NCBI RefSeq assembly: GCF_000315625.1
Contig: NW_005434574.1
Span: 1 to 42,196, forward strand
Direction: 5' to 3'
Origin: Guillardia theta CCMP2712
Lineage: Eukaryota > Protista > Cryptophyta
DNA length: 42,196 nucleotides
Shown here: piece after piece, positions 9,985-21,346 of the stretch
How the letters are laid out: every line of letters begins with the position of its first letter
Position numbering within the stretch: the stretch's first letter is position 1
The notes under the pieces: generated by a model
Databases searched by the model: none
What the model was told of the DNA's origin: nothing
Seen by the model: only the letters and a program-made list of their open reading frames with translations
Translations under genes and position numbers: made by a program

Positions 9985-11880
9985 CTACGACATGCTCCAG
10001 ATGGACTGTCCCGAGCTCAATCCCAGCTGGTCCAGCACCTTCCCCTCGAATGTCCCGAGGGACTCGAAGACCGGGTACGTCCCAAGAACGTCTCCGTCGT
10101 CCCAGATCTCACCCGAGAAGGAGACGATGTTCTGAACCTCGAGAGGATGGAGAGGCATCGACACAGGCACGAAGGAAGGATTGCAAGCACAAGAGTAGCG
10201 TCTTGATGAGGAAGAGAGCCTGCCGAGGGCGTGAGGAGGAGGACAAGGAGGAGGAGAGAGGCTGACCTTAGATCGCTGGTGATGAGGAACTTCTCGTACT
10301 TGAAGCGATCGCATCCGTCAGAGGACAAGATGCCCTCATAGAAGAATCTCTCCGACTGAGCCAAGTTGTTGGAAGTTGCATCCTTCATGTCTTGCTCGGA
10401 GTGGAGCCAGATGCTGCGAGCACAAGCGTGAGTTTCTTCACTTCAAGAGTCTTCATCTTCCTACCTCCCATCCTCCAGGGGAACCGCCATGCCCGTCACG
10501 ACGAACGACGACTTGATAATTCGCTGCATCAACAGGCTCTCAACCCTGAACCTGTTCTCCTGGATCGTGAACACTTTCACTGGGACCCCGACAAGGTTGT
10601 ACTGGCCCTGGAAGGAGCCTCCTTTCGTCCTCTGAGCCACGAACCTCTCCTTGATACTGAGCGGGTCCGTCATGGAGTCTCGTCCCCCGCTGTGGAAGTC
10701 GTCGAAGGGGTTGGACATGCTACTCTCCACGTTCAACATCTGCGTCATGGCGTCTTGAATGATCTGCTTGCTCTCGTGCGGCCCCGTCGAATGCACCTTG
10801 CTCGTCAGCTTCTCGATTATCCCTGCTCCGAAGAGCGAAGGGCCCGACTGGTTCTGCCCTCCGTTCTCGATCCAGTAGCCCTTGTCTTCCACGCACTCGT
10901 AGTCGCAAGACTCATCGGCCGTCACGTTAGGCATGATCCTCGTCAAGGCCCGGTCCATGTGCTCGCTGCCAAGAGGCAGCGGCCTGACGACCCACATGCT
11001 GAACAAGAAAGCTTCCTTGGTCATCTGAGAGAAAGCGATCCTTGCCGGCATCAAAACTCGGCTGCCATCCTTGTTGAACATTCTGGGAAACAGCACGTCA
11101 GGGACAAGACGCGCAATCATCGTCAACTCACTCTAGCGAGATCATGAAAACTCCTTGTTCATTCTTGTCCGCGTCCGCGCAGTTCTTGGTAGCACATCTC
11201 AACGTGTAGCTCTCCTTCTCGCTCAGGAACTGGCAGAGGTTCTGCCCCACAAGGAGCGAACCAGGGTTCGACCCCGTGCAGCCAGCCAGGTCCACCAGCA
11301 CATCGTTCCCGATGAGCATCTCAATCATGGTGGTGTTGGAGCTCAGGATGTTGAAGGAGGCGTCGAAAGAAACAAACCCAGCTCCAGGGCACTTGACAAG
11401 ACTCTCCCGGTAGGTCTCAGGAGAGACCAGCTCTGGGGAGGGGGCTGAACCAGGCCTTCTGCCAGCACTGAAAGAGCCGTCGGTCTGACCAGGGTTGTTG
11501 GAGTGTTTTACACTCTCCACCACCGCTTGTAGAACTTCATTGAGAGTCCTTGGCCTGAGAGGAACAGAGACATCAGCCAACAAAGAGCTAGACCTTCGTC
11601 CCTACCTGAGTTGCTGCTGTTTTGTCTTGTTTGCCTGATTGGACACCAGAGAGTCGAGAGTCTTGATCAGCGTGTTGATCTTGTCACGTTTTCGTCTCTT
11701 CTTGTCACGGTCATCATTTCGTCGCTTTGCCTGCATCTCAGCCACGGGCTTGGGCTTACGCCCTCGTTTCTTGGGTACCACGACGGGCATGCAGAATGTA
11801 CCGTCTTGGACGTTTGGCTGAATGGAGATCGCTGGCAACGGGGCCCTCGATCGAGGCATTGTCTGATAGAAAGCAGACAT
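9985..11880 (-). CDS. bHLH-PAS transcription factor
   Basis: Exons about 11880-11606, 11554-11132, 11082-10465, 10413-10267 and terminal exon(s) ending at 9985. AT-hook/NLS KKRGRKPK; basic helix KRRNDDRDKKRRKRDKINTLIKTLDSLV spliced to RTLNEVLQAVVESVK; PAS-like GFVSFDASFNILSSN...LVGQNLCQFLS; PAC-like MFNKDGSRV. Confidence 0.75.
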
Positions 11881-12179
11881 GGGAAGGTGTACTTGCGAAA
11901 TCTTGGAAAGTTGAAAAGAGAAAGGCGAGGAGAGAAATTTGGCCGGGAGGAGGCTGGAGTAGGAAGGGGCAGAATTTGAAAATGCTCACGGGCTCTGCGC
12001 TTCGAGGACAGAACAGTGCTTCAGGAAGGAGCAAGGGAGAGAGGAGGGGATGAGAGGATGAGGGAAGATGAGAAGGAGTAGGGAGGAGGAGGAGGGGCTT
12101 GAAACCAGCAACTGCAAGATAAGAGCAGCAGCAGCAGCAGCAGTTGTTGAGGAGAGGGGGAAGAAAAGCTTGCATACTT

Positions 12180-14140
12180 CCTGGGGTAGGGGTAGGTACC
12201 CTCTTTCTGAAGGTGGTGGGGTGGGGTGGAACTGGGGGGTGAAGCAGGTAGGGGGTAAGGGGTACTAGCTAGTGAGGGGTCAGATTATCTCCAGGCCGGT
12301 GGGGTGCACAATCACCCTACCCCTCCATTTCGAATTTTCCTCTGTCAAAAGGACCCTTGACCGGTACTTGCATACAATGGTCATTTGATAGTAGGTAGGG
12401 TACTAAAAACACCAACAGTACCCCGTTGTTTAAACTAAGATCAACTAAATTCGAGGGGTCATAAACGGTTGACTGTTCAAATACTTACAAGATGATAGGT
12501 AGGGTAAATCACCCTACCCACTAATCAAATCTTATCTTTAGACCCCACCCCAGCACAAATGACTAGACGTCAGACCTCTTGACTACCCCCACGTTCCAAT
12601 CTTACACCCACCCACCCACGATTCAGGTTGTCCTCCGACTTCGTACCCCCACCCCCCATCCTATCAATAGGACCCCACAGATATCCATAGCTACTTTTCC
12701 CCTCATCTCGATCGCTGGCACTCCCACCCCACCCCCTCTTTTCCCCTACCAAGATGTGCCTCCTGATCACCCACCCACCCTTGCCACGCCAAGCCTCCAT
12801 ACACCACCCTACCCTCATGGGATAGCATCTGTGAGCTGACCAGGCACCACCTACCCCTCTGACGTACCCGAGGTTTTATCAGTATTGCTCCGGTGCAACG
12901 AAGTTTGAAGGCCTTTGGACCCATGCTGGTTGATTACCCCACCCCTATCTTCCAGCATCGGATAACCCCACCCACATCGATATGCACGAGCCCTTTTCAC
13001 TTGTTTGCACCTGGACCCGGGAGGGTCCTGGGGGTGGGGAACAGGAGGGGAATTTGATATGGCAGGTTGTTAGGAGGTAGGGGTGGGTATGAGAAGACCT
13101 GTGTTGGTACCAAGGTTGAAGAGGATTAGGGGGTAGGGTCATGAAATTAGACGTGCGGTAGGTGGGGTGTTGAAGGAGTGGGTAGTGGGAGAGAGGTAGG
13201 GTCCGCTACCACCCTCCTATCTTGAGGACAATCTTGGGCAAAACCATTGTTGACTCCTTGAGATGCGAGGGTGGGGTAGTCCGACAAGGAATGGAACGTT
13301 GCGATACAAGAACGTTCCAAAAGATTGAGTCGGAGATACTACCCATGGTCATTCACTAGGGTGCAAGGGGTGTAGAAAGAAAACAATTTTCGAACGTTTC
13401 GTTTTTCAAATCGCTTCATGAAATAAAATCAGAAAAAATAGTTAAAAGTGGTTTTATTTTGTTTTTCTTCGTTCGCGGCTCCAACTCATCAATTCGCTGC
13501 CATTCTTGACGGCAAGCGGCGCATCCCCTAGAAATTAGCTACATACCACCCCCTTCTTCCCCATAAAGTACCCCCACCTTCGTACTTCTCTCCTCACAGC
13601 AAACGATCGGGAAGGTGGAGCATCTGGACGATGATGTGATAGGGGTGGTAGTGGATAACCCCCTATCTCCATAGGGGTACAACGAGCTAAATAAGGGGTT
13701 AGCATACAAAGTGCGCAAGGGGTACGTTGGAACTTGGGGAGATATGTTTGGGAAAAACCCAGAATTTTAAGTGAAAGAAGGGGTAGTTGTAGTAGAAGAA
13801 GGGGTAGTGGTGGGGGAGTCTGGGTGAACTGTCAATCATCCCTCAGAAGATAAGACCAGATGTTCTAAAGATAAGACTCAGTTTTTTTCAAAAGATAAGG
13901 TCATATCTGTAGGGTCCTAGTTACCCTATGACCCATCTATACCTTCTGCTGCCGATACAATCTGAGGAGTATTCCGGGAAAGGTTCGGGGTTGATGAACG
14001 GGGGGTGGGAGTGGATAAAAGATACTGTACCGCATTTTTACCACATTCCTTCTCATTCTTTTTTTGTCACAACCTCAAAGTACCCACCTTTTATCACCAT
14101 ATCTCTCTGATTTTCATGGGGTGGGTACATTGTGCATCCG
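12180..14140. promoter_or_regulatory. Non-coding intergenic DNA dense in TACCCC/GGGGTA-type motifs
   Basis: Many ctacccc, accccacc, ggggtag and gggtagg words in alternating strand-biased blocks; no credible ORF. Confidence 0.4.
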
Positions 14141-15304
14141 GATTTGGCTGTGTTTTGGTATTTTCTTTGACCCAACGTGACCTTGACGGATCAACCGGAG
14201 GCTCCGGTCAGCAGGTCACGGTACAGACTGTCGACGTGTGCGCTTTCTTTTTTTCTCAGGGGCACCTTTGACTAAAACTTTGATTTCCAAGTCTCGGTCC
14301 TAGGATGCCTATACCTCTCAGGGCTACTGGCACTACCCTAGGCCCCCGGTGTTGGGTGTTGGGACAAAGTTACCGTGTCCTCGTCCCCGTACTGATTTTT
14401 AACTTAACTTTGAGTACAACTTTTTAACTTAACTTACTTTGAGTTGCACCCATCAGGCTTCAAAGGCTTGGCCCAGTTTCATCCGGGCGAGTCACTGAGT
14501 CGGGCCGGACGACCCCGCGGCGATGGGACTCCGAAGGCCCCCGTGACTGTGACCGAGTCGACGGCGGCCCTGCGCCGGGCCGCCGGGGGCCGGCCCGTGA
14601 CTCCGACGCGGCGGTGCCACTGCGGCACCGTGACTCGGAGGGACGGTTACTCGGGCCACCGTGAGGCCGGGGCGGCCCAGACTCCCGATCACCTGAGACG
14701 GTCGGCCGGATTCGCCCGGCGGCGGACTCAGAAACGGTCGGCGGCTCAGTAGCCTGTGGCAGATAAACCGTAACCGTTGAAAGGCTTCAAGTTCAAAGTT
14801 GATTGAATCTTAGTGGGCGGGCCGCCGGCCCCGGACCGGCGGTCCGAGCACACCGTCGGCGGTTCAGTCGTGCCACGCCGGCACTGAGTCACCGTCACTC
14901 AGTCCGACCACTGTGACGGTCGGCCGATTCCGGTACGGTCGGTCCGTGTGACCGTCGGACTGAGTGCTGCGCCGAGGCTCATAACGGGCCGGTAGGATGG
15001 ACTACCGTAGTAGGCTAGTTGTATGCAGTACTTGAGTTGAAGTTACTGACTGTTGTAGCCTTGTAGGGGGCAGGTAGGCAGTGATTGACATCTGGGATAT
15101 GATAAGCCTTCACTGAGAGTATCGTGGGGGAGCCTGGGAGGGAGCTGGGGAGGGAGAGGCTGGGGAGGGAGCGAGACTGAGGACTGGAGGTGACCCCCGG
15201 TGACACTCAGTCTGCCAGGCTTCACCAGGGGTGCGGCCCACGGCCATCCTGTTGCCGCTGTGCACTGCAGCAGAAGTGCGAGCAGACGCAATAGAGAAGG
15301 CACC

Positions 15305-15790
15305 TGTAATGAATATCCGTTCATGTACAGTAACAGTGTAATGAATATCCGTTCATGTACAGTAACAGTGTAATGAATATCGGTTCATGTACAGTAACAG
15401 TGTAATGAATATCCGTTCATGTACAGTAACAGTGTAATGAATATCCGTTCATGTACAGTAACAGTGTAATGAATATCGGTTCATGTACAGTAACAGTGTA
15501 ATGAATATCGGTTCATGTACAGTAACAGTGTAATGAATATCGGTTCATGTACAGTAACAGTGTAATGAATATCGGTTCATGTACAGTAACAGTGTAATGA
15601 ATATCGGTTCATGTACAGTAACAGTGTAATGAATATCCGTTCATGTACAGTAACAGTGTAATGAATATCGGTTCATGTACAGTAACAGTGTAATGAATAT
15701 CCGTTCATGTACAGTAACAGTGTAATGAATACAGTAACAGTGTAATGAATACAGTAACAGTGTAATGAATATCGGTTCATGTACAGTAAC
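15305..15790. repeat. 32-bp minisatellite TGTAATGAATATC[C/G]GTTCATGTACAGTAACAG
   Basis: 13 full units from 15305, two 20-bp deleted units at 15721 and 15741, and a final 30-bp unit. No spacers. Confidence 0.95.
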
Positions 15791-15921
15791 AATCCCTCAG
15801 TTTGGGCAGGGCTAGTCTGGGCTGACTCGGATATCAGTGACTAGCTCACCAGGAACGGTATGATGCAGGCAGATCAATACTGCCACCGACGGTAGCGACG
15901 GCTAAATTCCTTGAAGGCCCC

Positions 15922-18900
15922 ACGGCTACTCAGCTGGGCTATCTGGTGAGCATGTCGCGCCATAGCACGTAGTTCTTGGATCCCTCCTGGTACTGCTCGT
16001 AGAGCGACAGCAGATGTACCTGCACCTCACTCGTCAACGCCCCCCCCCCTCCCCCTCACAAACAGCAGGACAGCAGCTGGGGGCGGGCAGCGTCTTACCT
16101 GGAGCTCGCAGATGTGGGTCTCAGCCATCTTGAGGTCCCACTCGCTGACCGGCAGGAACTTACACTGCTCCTCCTCGAAGACCCAGCCCACCTCCAGGTT
16201 GATCGACAGGTTCCGGTACGCGTTCTCCGGCTCGTAGTAGCGGCTCGAGTCCGAGAACCTGTTCTTGACGCGCACGATGCGGAACAAGGGCTGACTTGAA
16301 GGAGACTGCTGCTGCTGCTGCTGCTGCTGCTTCCCTCCTCTCCGCTCCTGCTTGGTGCCGATGACGGAGATGCTCTCGAGGAACGCCAGCAGCTGCTCCA
16401 CCTGCTCCAGCTGCTCCACCACCACAGTCGCTCGCACAAGGTCGGTGAGGCAGGCAGAGTCTCTCCCATAGATCCTGACGCACTTCTGGATGGCTCGCTC
16501 GGGCTGCTTGATGGGCCCTCGCACGAAGATGAGGTTGTCCCACGTGTCCACCCTGACCTCTCCCCTCAGAGAGGCGCGCTTTAGGAAGCGAAGCTCGGGC
16601 CTGAGCTGCTGCTCGCCGTGAGAGACGGCTGGGTGGGAGGGGTTGAGGTCATGGCAGAGGTTCTTCTTGAGCAGGTCGGCCAAGAACTCGTGGAAGTGAT
16701 CGTTGACGCTCGAGGCTTGCCAGAAGAGCTGACCGAAGTTGTTGGTCTGCTGGCGGACCTTCCCCTTGAAGGAGAACCTCCCTACAGGCTCCAGGAAGAG
16801 ACTCCGAAACCTCCAGCTCCTCGTCATGGTCGCAGCAGCGAAGCAGGCCCGATACTCCCGGTCGACCGTCTGCTCGATCCTCTCGGTCCTCGCGATGAGC
16901 CTCGTCACTATCGCCTGGTTGGCTGGCACTTGCAGCAGACGAGACCACTGCTCGGCATACTTCTTCTTGTCGCCATTGACTCTCCTCGACGCTTTCTTCT
17001 TGATGCTCCACTTGAGAGTCGTGCAAGTGAAGTACGCAAACCAGAACACAAGACCTGAAGCCAAGTTGTAGAACGCTCTCAGCATCGAAGCTTGAGCAAA
17101 GTGTACTGGCGCCAGCACAAGGCACTGCTGCACCCCAACAAGCGCCATGAACTTCACGATCAGGTCCTGACGGTTGACAAACAGGTAGGCCATGACAAGC
17201 ATGAAGGGAGCGAGGGAAAAGTACTCGAACAGAAACCCCCGCGTCAGGCTCTTGTGCAGCGTCCATGGCTCGGTCTTGTCATGCCAGCCCCCCAGCAGCT
17301 GGACTATCTCCGTGAGGATCTGACAGAAGGTTTGGAAGATCTGAGCCTTCAAGTTCAAGACAGTCGTGAGGTAAGCCTGGTGGGGGGAGTTGTACCTGGC
17401 GTCATACACTGCCTTGAGCCACAAGGCTCCCTTGATCACACCACAGGGCCAGTGTAGGAAGACTATACACCATGCTGGTGTGGATCTGTTAGTAATGCCG
17501 TACCATGAGTGCATGGGCTCTGACATGGACCTGAATGTCTGAGATGTGCAAAGAAGTCCGTAGAAACAGAACAAGGTTTGGAAGTAAACTTTCGACAAGA
17601 TGATCTCTGTGGCGCTCAAGCTCGACCAGGCGGTGAAGACAGGGACCTTGGAGTCGTTGAACTTCTCTAGCCTGTAGTTCATGTCCTTGGCTCGCATGTC
17701 TCCTCTCAGATGCTGCACCGCCAGCTGCAGCTCGATCCGCTTCCCCACAGACCCTAGACTCTCCAGCGAGCACGTGAGGCTCTCGCAGTCCTGCTGGTCC
17801 AGTTTTGCCACATGCTCGAGCGAGTAGAGCCCGTTCTTGGAGAAGACGCGGGCAAAGCAGATCAAGCCGTTCTCCCGCATCCACTGCAGCAGCTCGGCTC
17901 CCTGAGGCCTCGAGAGCTGAAGCTGCTGGATGCATTTCTTGGTGACGATGTTGCTCAGCAGCTTCGACACCTTCATCATAAGCTCCCTCTCGTCTCCTGT
18001 CGCATGCGCCTTCTTGAACTGCCCGATCTGCTCCTCCAGCAGCTTGTTGCAGTCGCTCAGCTCTTTCGCCCACAGCACCAGCATCTCCACGTACTGCAAG
18101 ACACTCGCGATCTCTCGCTGGCACGAGAAGTCACCGGCGTGGACGCTCTTCTCGGGGATCACTCCGGGCAGGTGCTTGTGCTTCTTGGCGTAGGCGACGA
18201 CCTCGTGCAAGGAGGGCTTCATGAAGTCTTCTTGGAACACAAAGTCAGGCCAGCCGTTGGACAGCCCGTGCAGCTTCACGTAGGAGAAGTAGTCATAGTC
18301 GAGGTTGATCGCCGGCAAGATCTTCTCCCCTCCAGCCCCCCTGCCGTCCCTCCTCGTGCCGTTGCCGGTCGCTTGCTCCGAGCTCCAGGGTGACGCGGGC
18401 AGGTGCGGGAAGGGCGTCCAGGTCGAGTCTGAGGCGGTCTTGAGGTTCTGCTCTCGCAAGAGCTTGGCCTTGAGCGCGAACCACGTGTCCTCTGAGCTCA
18501 CAGCTGCCTCCGAGCTGGGCGTGGGGTTGGCGCTTTCACAGGGGCTGTCGTTGTCGCAGAGGCTCTGATGAGCCTGGCTCTCTGCTTGCGTCGCGCTCGG
18601 CTCGGCAGCAGGAAGCCAGAGGCTGCAGCGGGGCTGCGAGTCGTCGGGCGGGCAGTAGCTGACGGAGAGGATGGGGTCGAGGTGCCAGGAGGAGCTCTGA
18701 TCGAGAGCTTCCTCCTCGTGCATCATCGAGGCTGAAGCAGCCAGACACGCGAAGAGATCGCTATCCGGCGACGAGTAGGAGCCTCCAGACTCTGCCACGA
18801 AGGGCGAGCACAAGGCCCCGTCCAGACAGTCATCGGGTGACTCGCTCTGACTGCTCCGCTCGCGCAGCATCTTGTCGTGGAGATCCTTCCAGTACTTGTG

Positions 18901-19882
18901 AAAGGCACCGTTGGAGTGCGACTCGACCGCGTTCCTCGACGCTCGGTTGTCTACCGTGATGGGGTTGGGCAGCCTCGGACCGCAGAGCTTGGGAAGGCCC
19001 TCGGCGAGCTTGTCGCCGGAGAGAGGACAGACCTTGCAGAGGATCACCTTCTTCCCGCACTGGCATTGCCCGATCTGACTGAAGTGCTCCATCGCGTGGC
19101 TGATCTCCCGGTCGCTGCTTCGCCCGAGCATCAGCTTGCAGATCGCAGGCGTGAGGACGTTGGACGAGCGCCATTGCGAAGGGCTGTGCTTGCACTTGTT
19201 GTCGTTGCTCCTGCTCGACGGCTTTCCTGGCATGCTCGTCGCCGCTGAAGCTGCAGGAGCGACCTAGGAGGAGGGAGCGACCTGCTTCCAGAGCTGCCGA
19301 GATGACCTGCAGAGCAGGAGCGTCAGGGGGCGGAGGGTCTCGAGGCGACGGTGGCAGCAGAGCATGAGAATGCGGCAAGGGGGGAGCGGAGCGGGGAAAG
19401 GAATGAGCAGGGGAGGCAGAATGGAGGGGAGATGGCGTGTGGGAGTGCTGGCCATCCTTCACAAGAGCAAATCAGGCACGAGCTGCAGGACCGCAAGGAG
19501 GGGTGCACAGGCTGAGCTGGGAAGATGGCGGGTGGGAGGGAGGAAGTAAGAATGTGGGGAGGAGAGGAGGATAGGGAGAGAAGAGGCCTCAAGGCATCCC
19601 AGATCGTAGGGAATGATCCAGCAACCAGCCTGACCGCATCTAGGCTTTCAGGGAGCGAGCGCTGAGAGGGTATGATGGCTCAAACAGACGGAAAAGAAAC
19701 GTCAAGAGGAGCCAGTAACAGCTACAAAGCTCAAGCGCTCAGACGATGATGATGGCAGAAGGAAACACGAGGGACCTCAGGTAAGATGCAGCATCACATA
19801 CAGCAGTAGCGAGAAACATGCTAGCTGGCCGAGGGAGAGAATGGAGAAAGAAAAGCAGAAACACAGGTAGGTGAAGCGCGAG
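15922..19882 (-). repeat. Inverted segmental duplication, left arm
   Basis: Reverse complement matches 21347-25296 apart from scattered substitutions and an 11-bp indel in the 5' non-coding part. Confidence 0.95.
15939..19233 (-). CDS. Zinc finger / S74-like tail-fibre module / SAM / multi-TM / RelA-SpoT-like nucleotidyltransferase protein, copy A
   Basis: Long ORF plus intron 16020-16098 and last exon VHLLSLYEQYQEGSKNYVLWRDMLTR*. Motifs GPIKQPERAIQK, LTDLVRATVV, RVKNRF, AYRNLSIN, ICELQVH; SAM-like ELLQWMRENGL..FARVF.KNGLYSLE. Confidence 0.8.
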
Positions 19883-19938
19883 CGAGGTGGAGGGTAAGGA
19901 GCAGGAGGTGTTTGTGATGTTGGAGAAGGATGAGGACT

Positions 19939-19939
<1 letters not shown>

Positions 19940-20010
<71 letters not shown>
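19940..20010. repeat. (GCAGGA)n microsatellite in the spacer of the inverted duplication
   Basis: Perfect hexamer run. Confidence 0.9.
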
Positions 20011-21346
20011 GCTTTACACTACTCTTGTTCATTCCGGGGAACGCACTTATCTTTACTACACGTTCTTTTACTTAACTTTCGTCTTATCTTCACCTATAAT
20101 GATCCCCGGAACTTCGGAACCCCCGGCCGCCGGCCCGTCACGTCCGGGTCACCAGGCCAAGTCAGGCTCTCATCCGATGATCGTATGCCAGCCGTCACGG
20201 TGCCAGCCTGTCAGTTGGCGCCGAGTTAACAAACTTGAAAACTCTCCCAGTGTAAAACCACTGAGACGACGGACCCGGGCCTACTCCGCGGTTTCAACCA
20301 GGCGGCAATGTAGCACAGAGACCAACTTGAAGAGACCTTCCTAGCCGTCTTGCTAAGACGATCTTCTCATGTCCGATCTGGATGCTTGGGTTTCAAGTTT
20401 GGCACATCCTAGCGTACAGTCTATCTCTCATGTGCGGGGCCTCAGTCACGAGTCCCGACGGTAGTTCCGAAGGAGTCCGATCCGAGGCTCCGGACTTGCC
20501 AGCCTTGAAGCGGCTTTCAGTGACTCCGAAAGTTAACTGAGTTAACCCGGCCCTTTGAGGCGCGGCGGCCTCAGCCGTCGGCACAGACCGTCGGACGACG
20601 GCGCCGAGTACTAAATGAGTAGTACCGCCGGAGTCACAGGTACGGTAGGACTCCGGAAGTTCCCGAGTCCCGGCCGCCCGGCCCGGCCCGGCCCGGGATC
20701 ATCGGATCCGGGACCGTCAGACTGAGACTGAGATCCGAGACGATTCCGAGTATCGGGCCGGTGCCGCGGCCGGGCGCCGAGCAGCGGCCCGGGGCGGGCC
20801 GGGCAACGGCCGGGCCCGGCAGGCGCCGCTCGGGAGTCAGCTGCAGACGTTGACTCAAGTTTAGCGAAGTTAACCTACTAGGGTCCGTTTGCTGGTCATT
20901 TCTTGAATTATCCAAGGGGTTGCATCTCTGTCATATGTTCATGTACAATATGAACCATTTGATCAATCAATGTAATATTGACATTATATATTGAAAATTC
21001 AGAGAATATTTTGAGAGAAATTTTCATAATGGTCAAAATTTATCTCTCATTTGACCCCCTATGAAAATCTCCTCACGAAAGATCCACCCCACCCCTACAG
21101 CCTTCAGGTCCGCCTTGCCAAGAAGTTTCTCACCCACATCACTTGGATTGAATACCACCCCATCTTTTGACTGTATAAAGCAGGGTCCAGGAGGTAAGGG
21201 GTGGTACCGTAGACTGCTGGTTCATGGCGCAGCAGCCGCCTTGCTAGGAAAGGAAGCGACTACAGCTCCAGCAGCTGCTTCCTGCCCCAAACCCTCTCCA
21301 GCACCTTCCTGTCCCTCATCCTCATCCTCCTCTTCCTACTCCTGCT

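Noticed and set aside
9653-10135. 160-aa plus-strand ORF
   Set aside because: Starts in a GGAGA repeat, overlaps the last bHLH-PAS exon antisense, and has no domain.
15015-15324. Minus-strand ORFs next to the minisatellite
   Set aside because: Some splice-like signals but no coherent model or homology; possibly a remnant, unsupported.
15305-15790. CRISPR array
   Set aside because: Units are contiguous with no unique spacers, there are no cas genes, and the context is eukaryotic.
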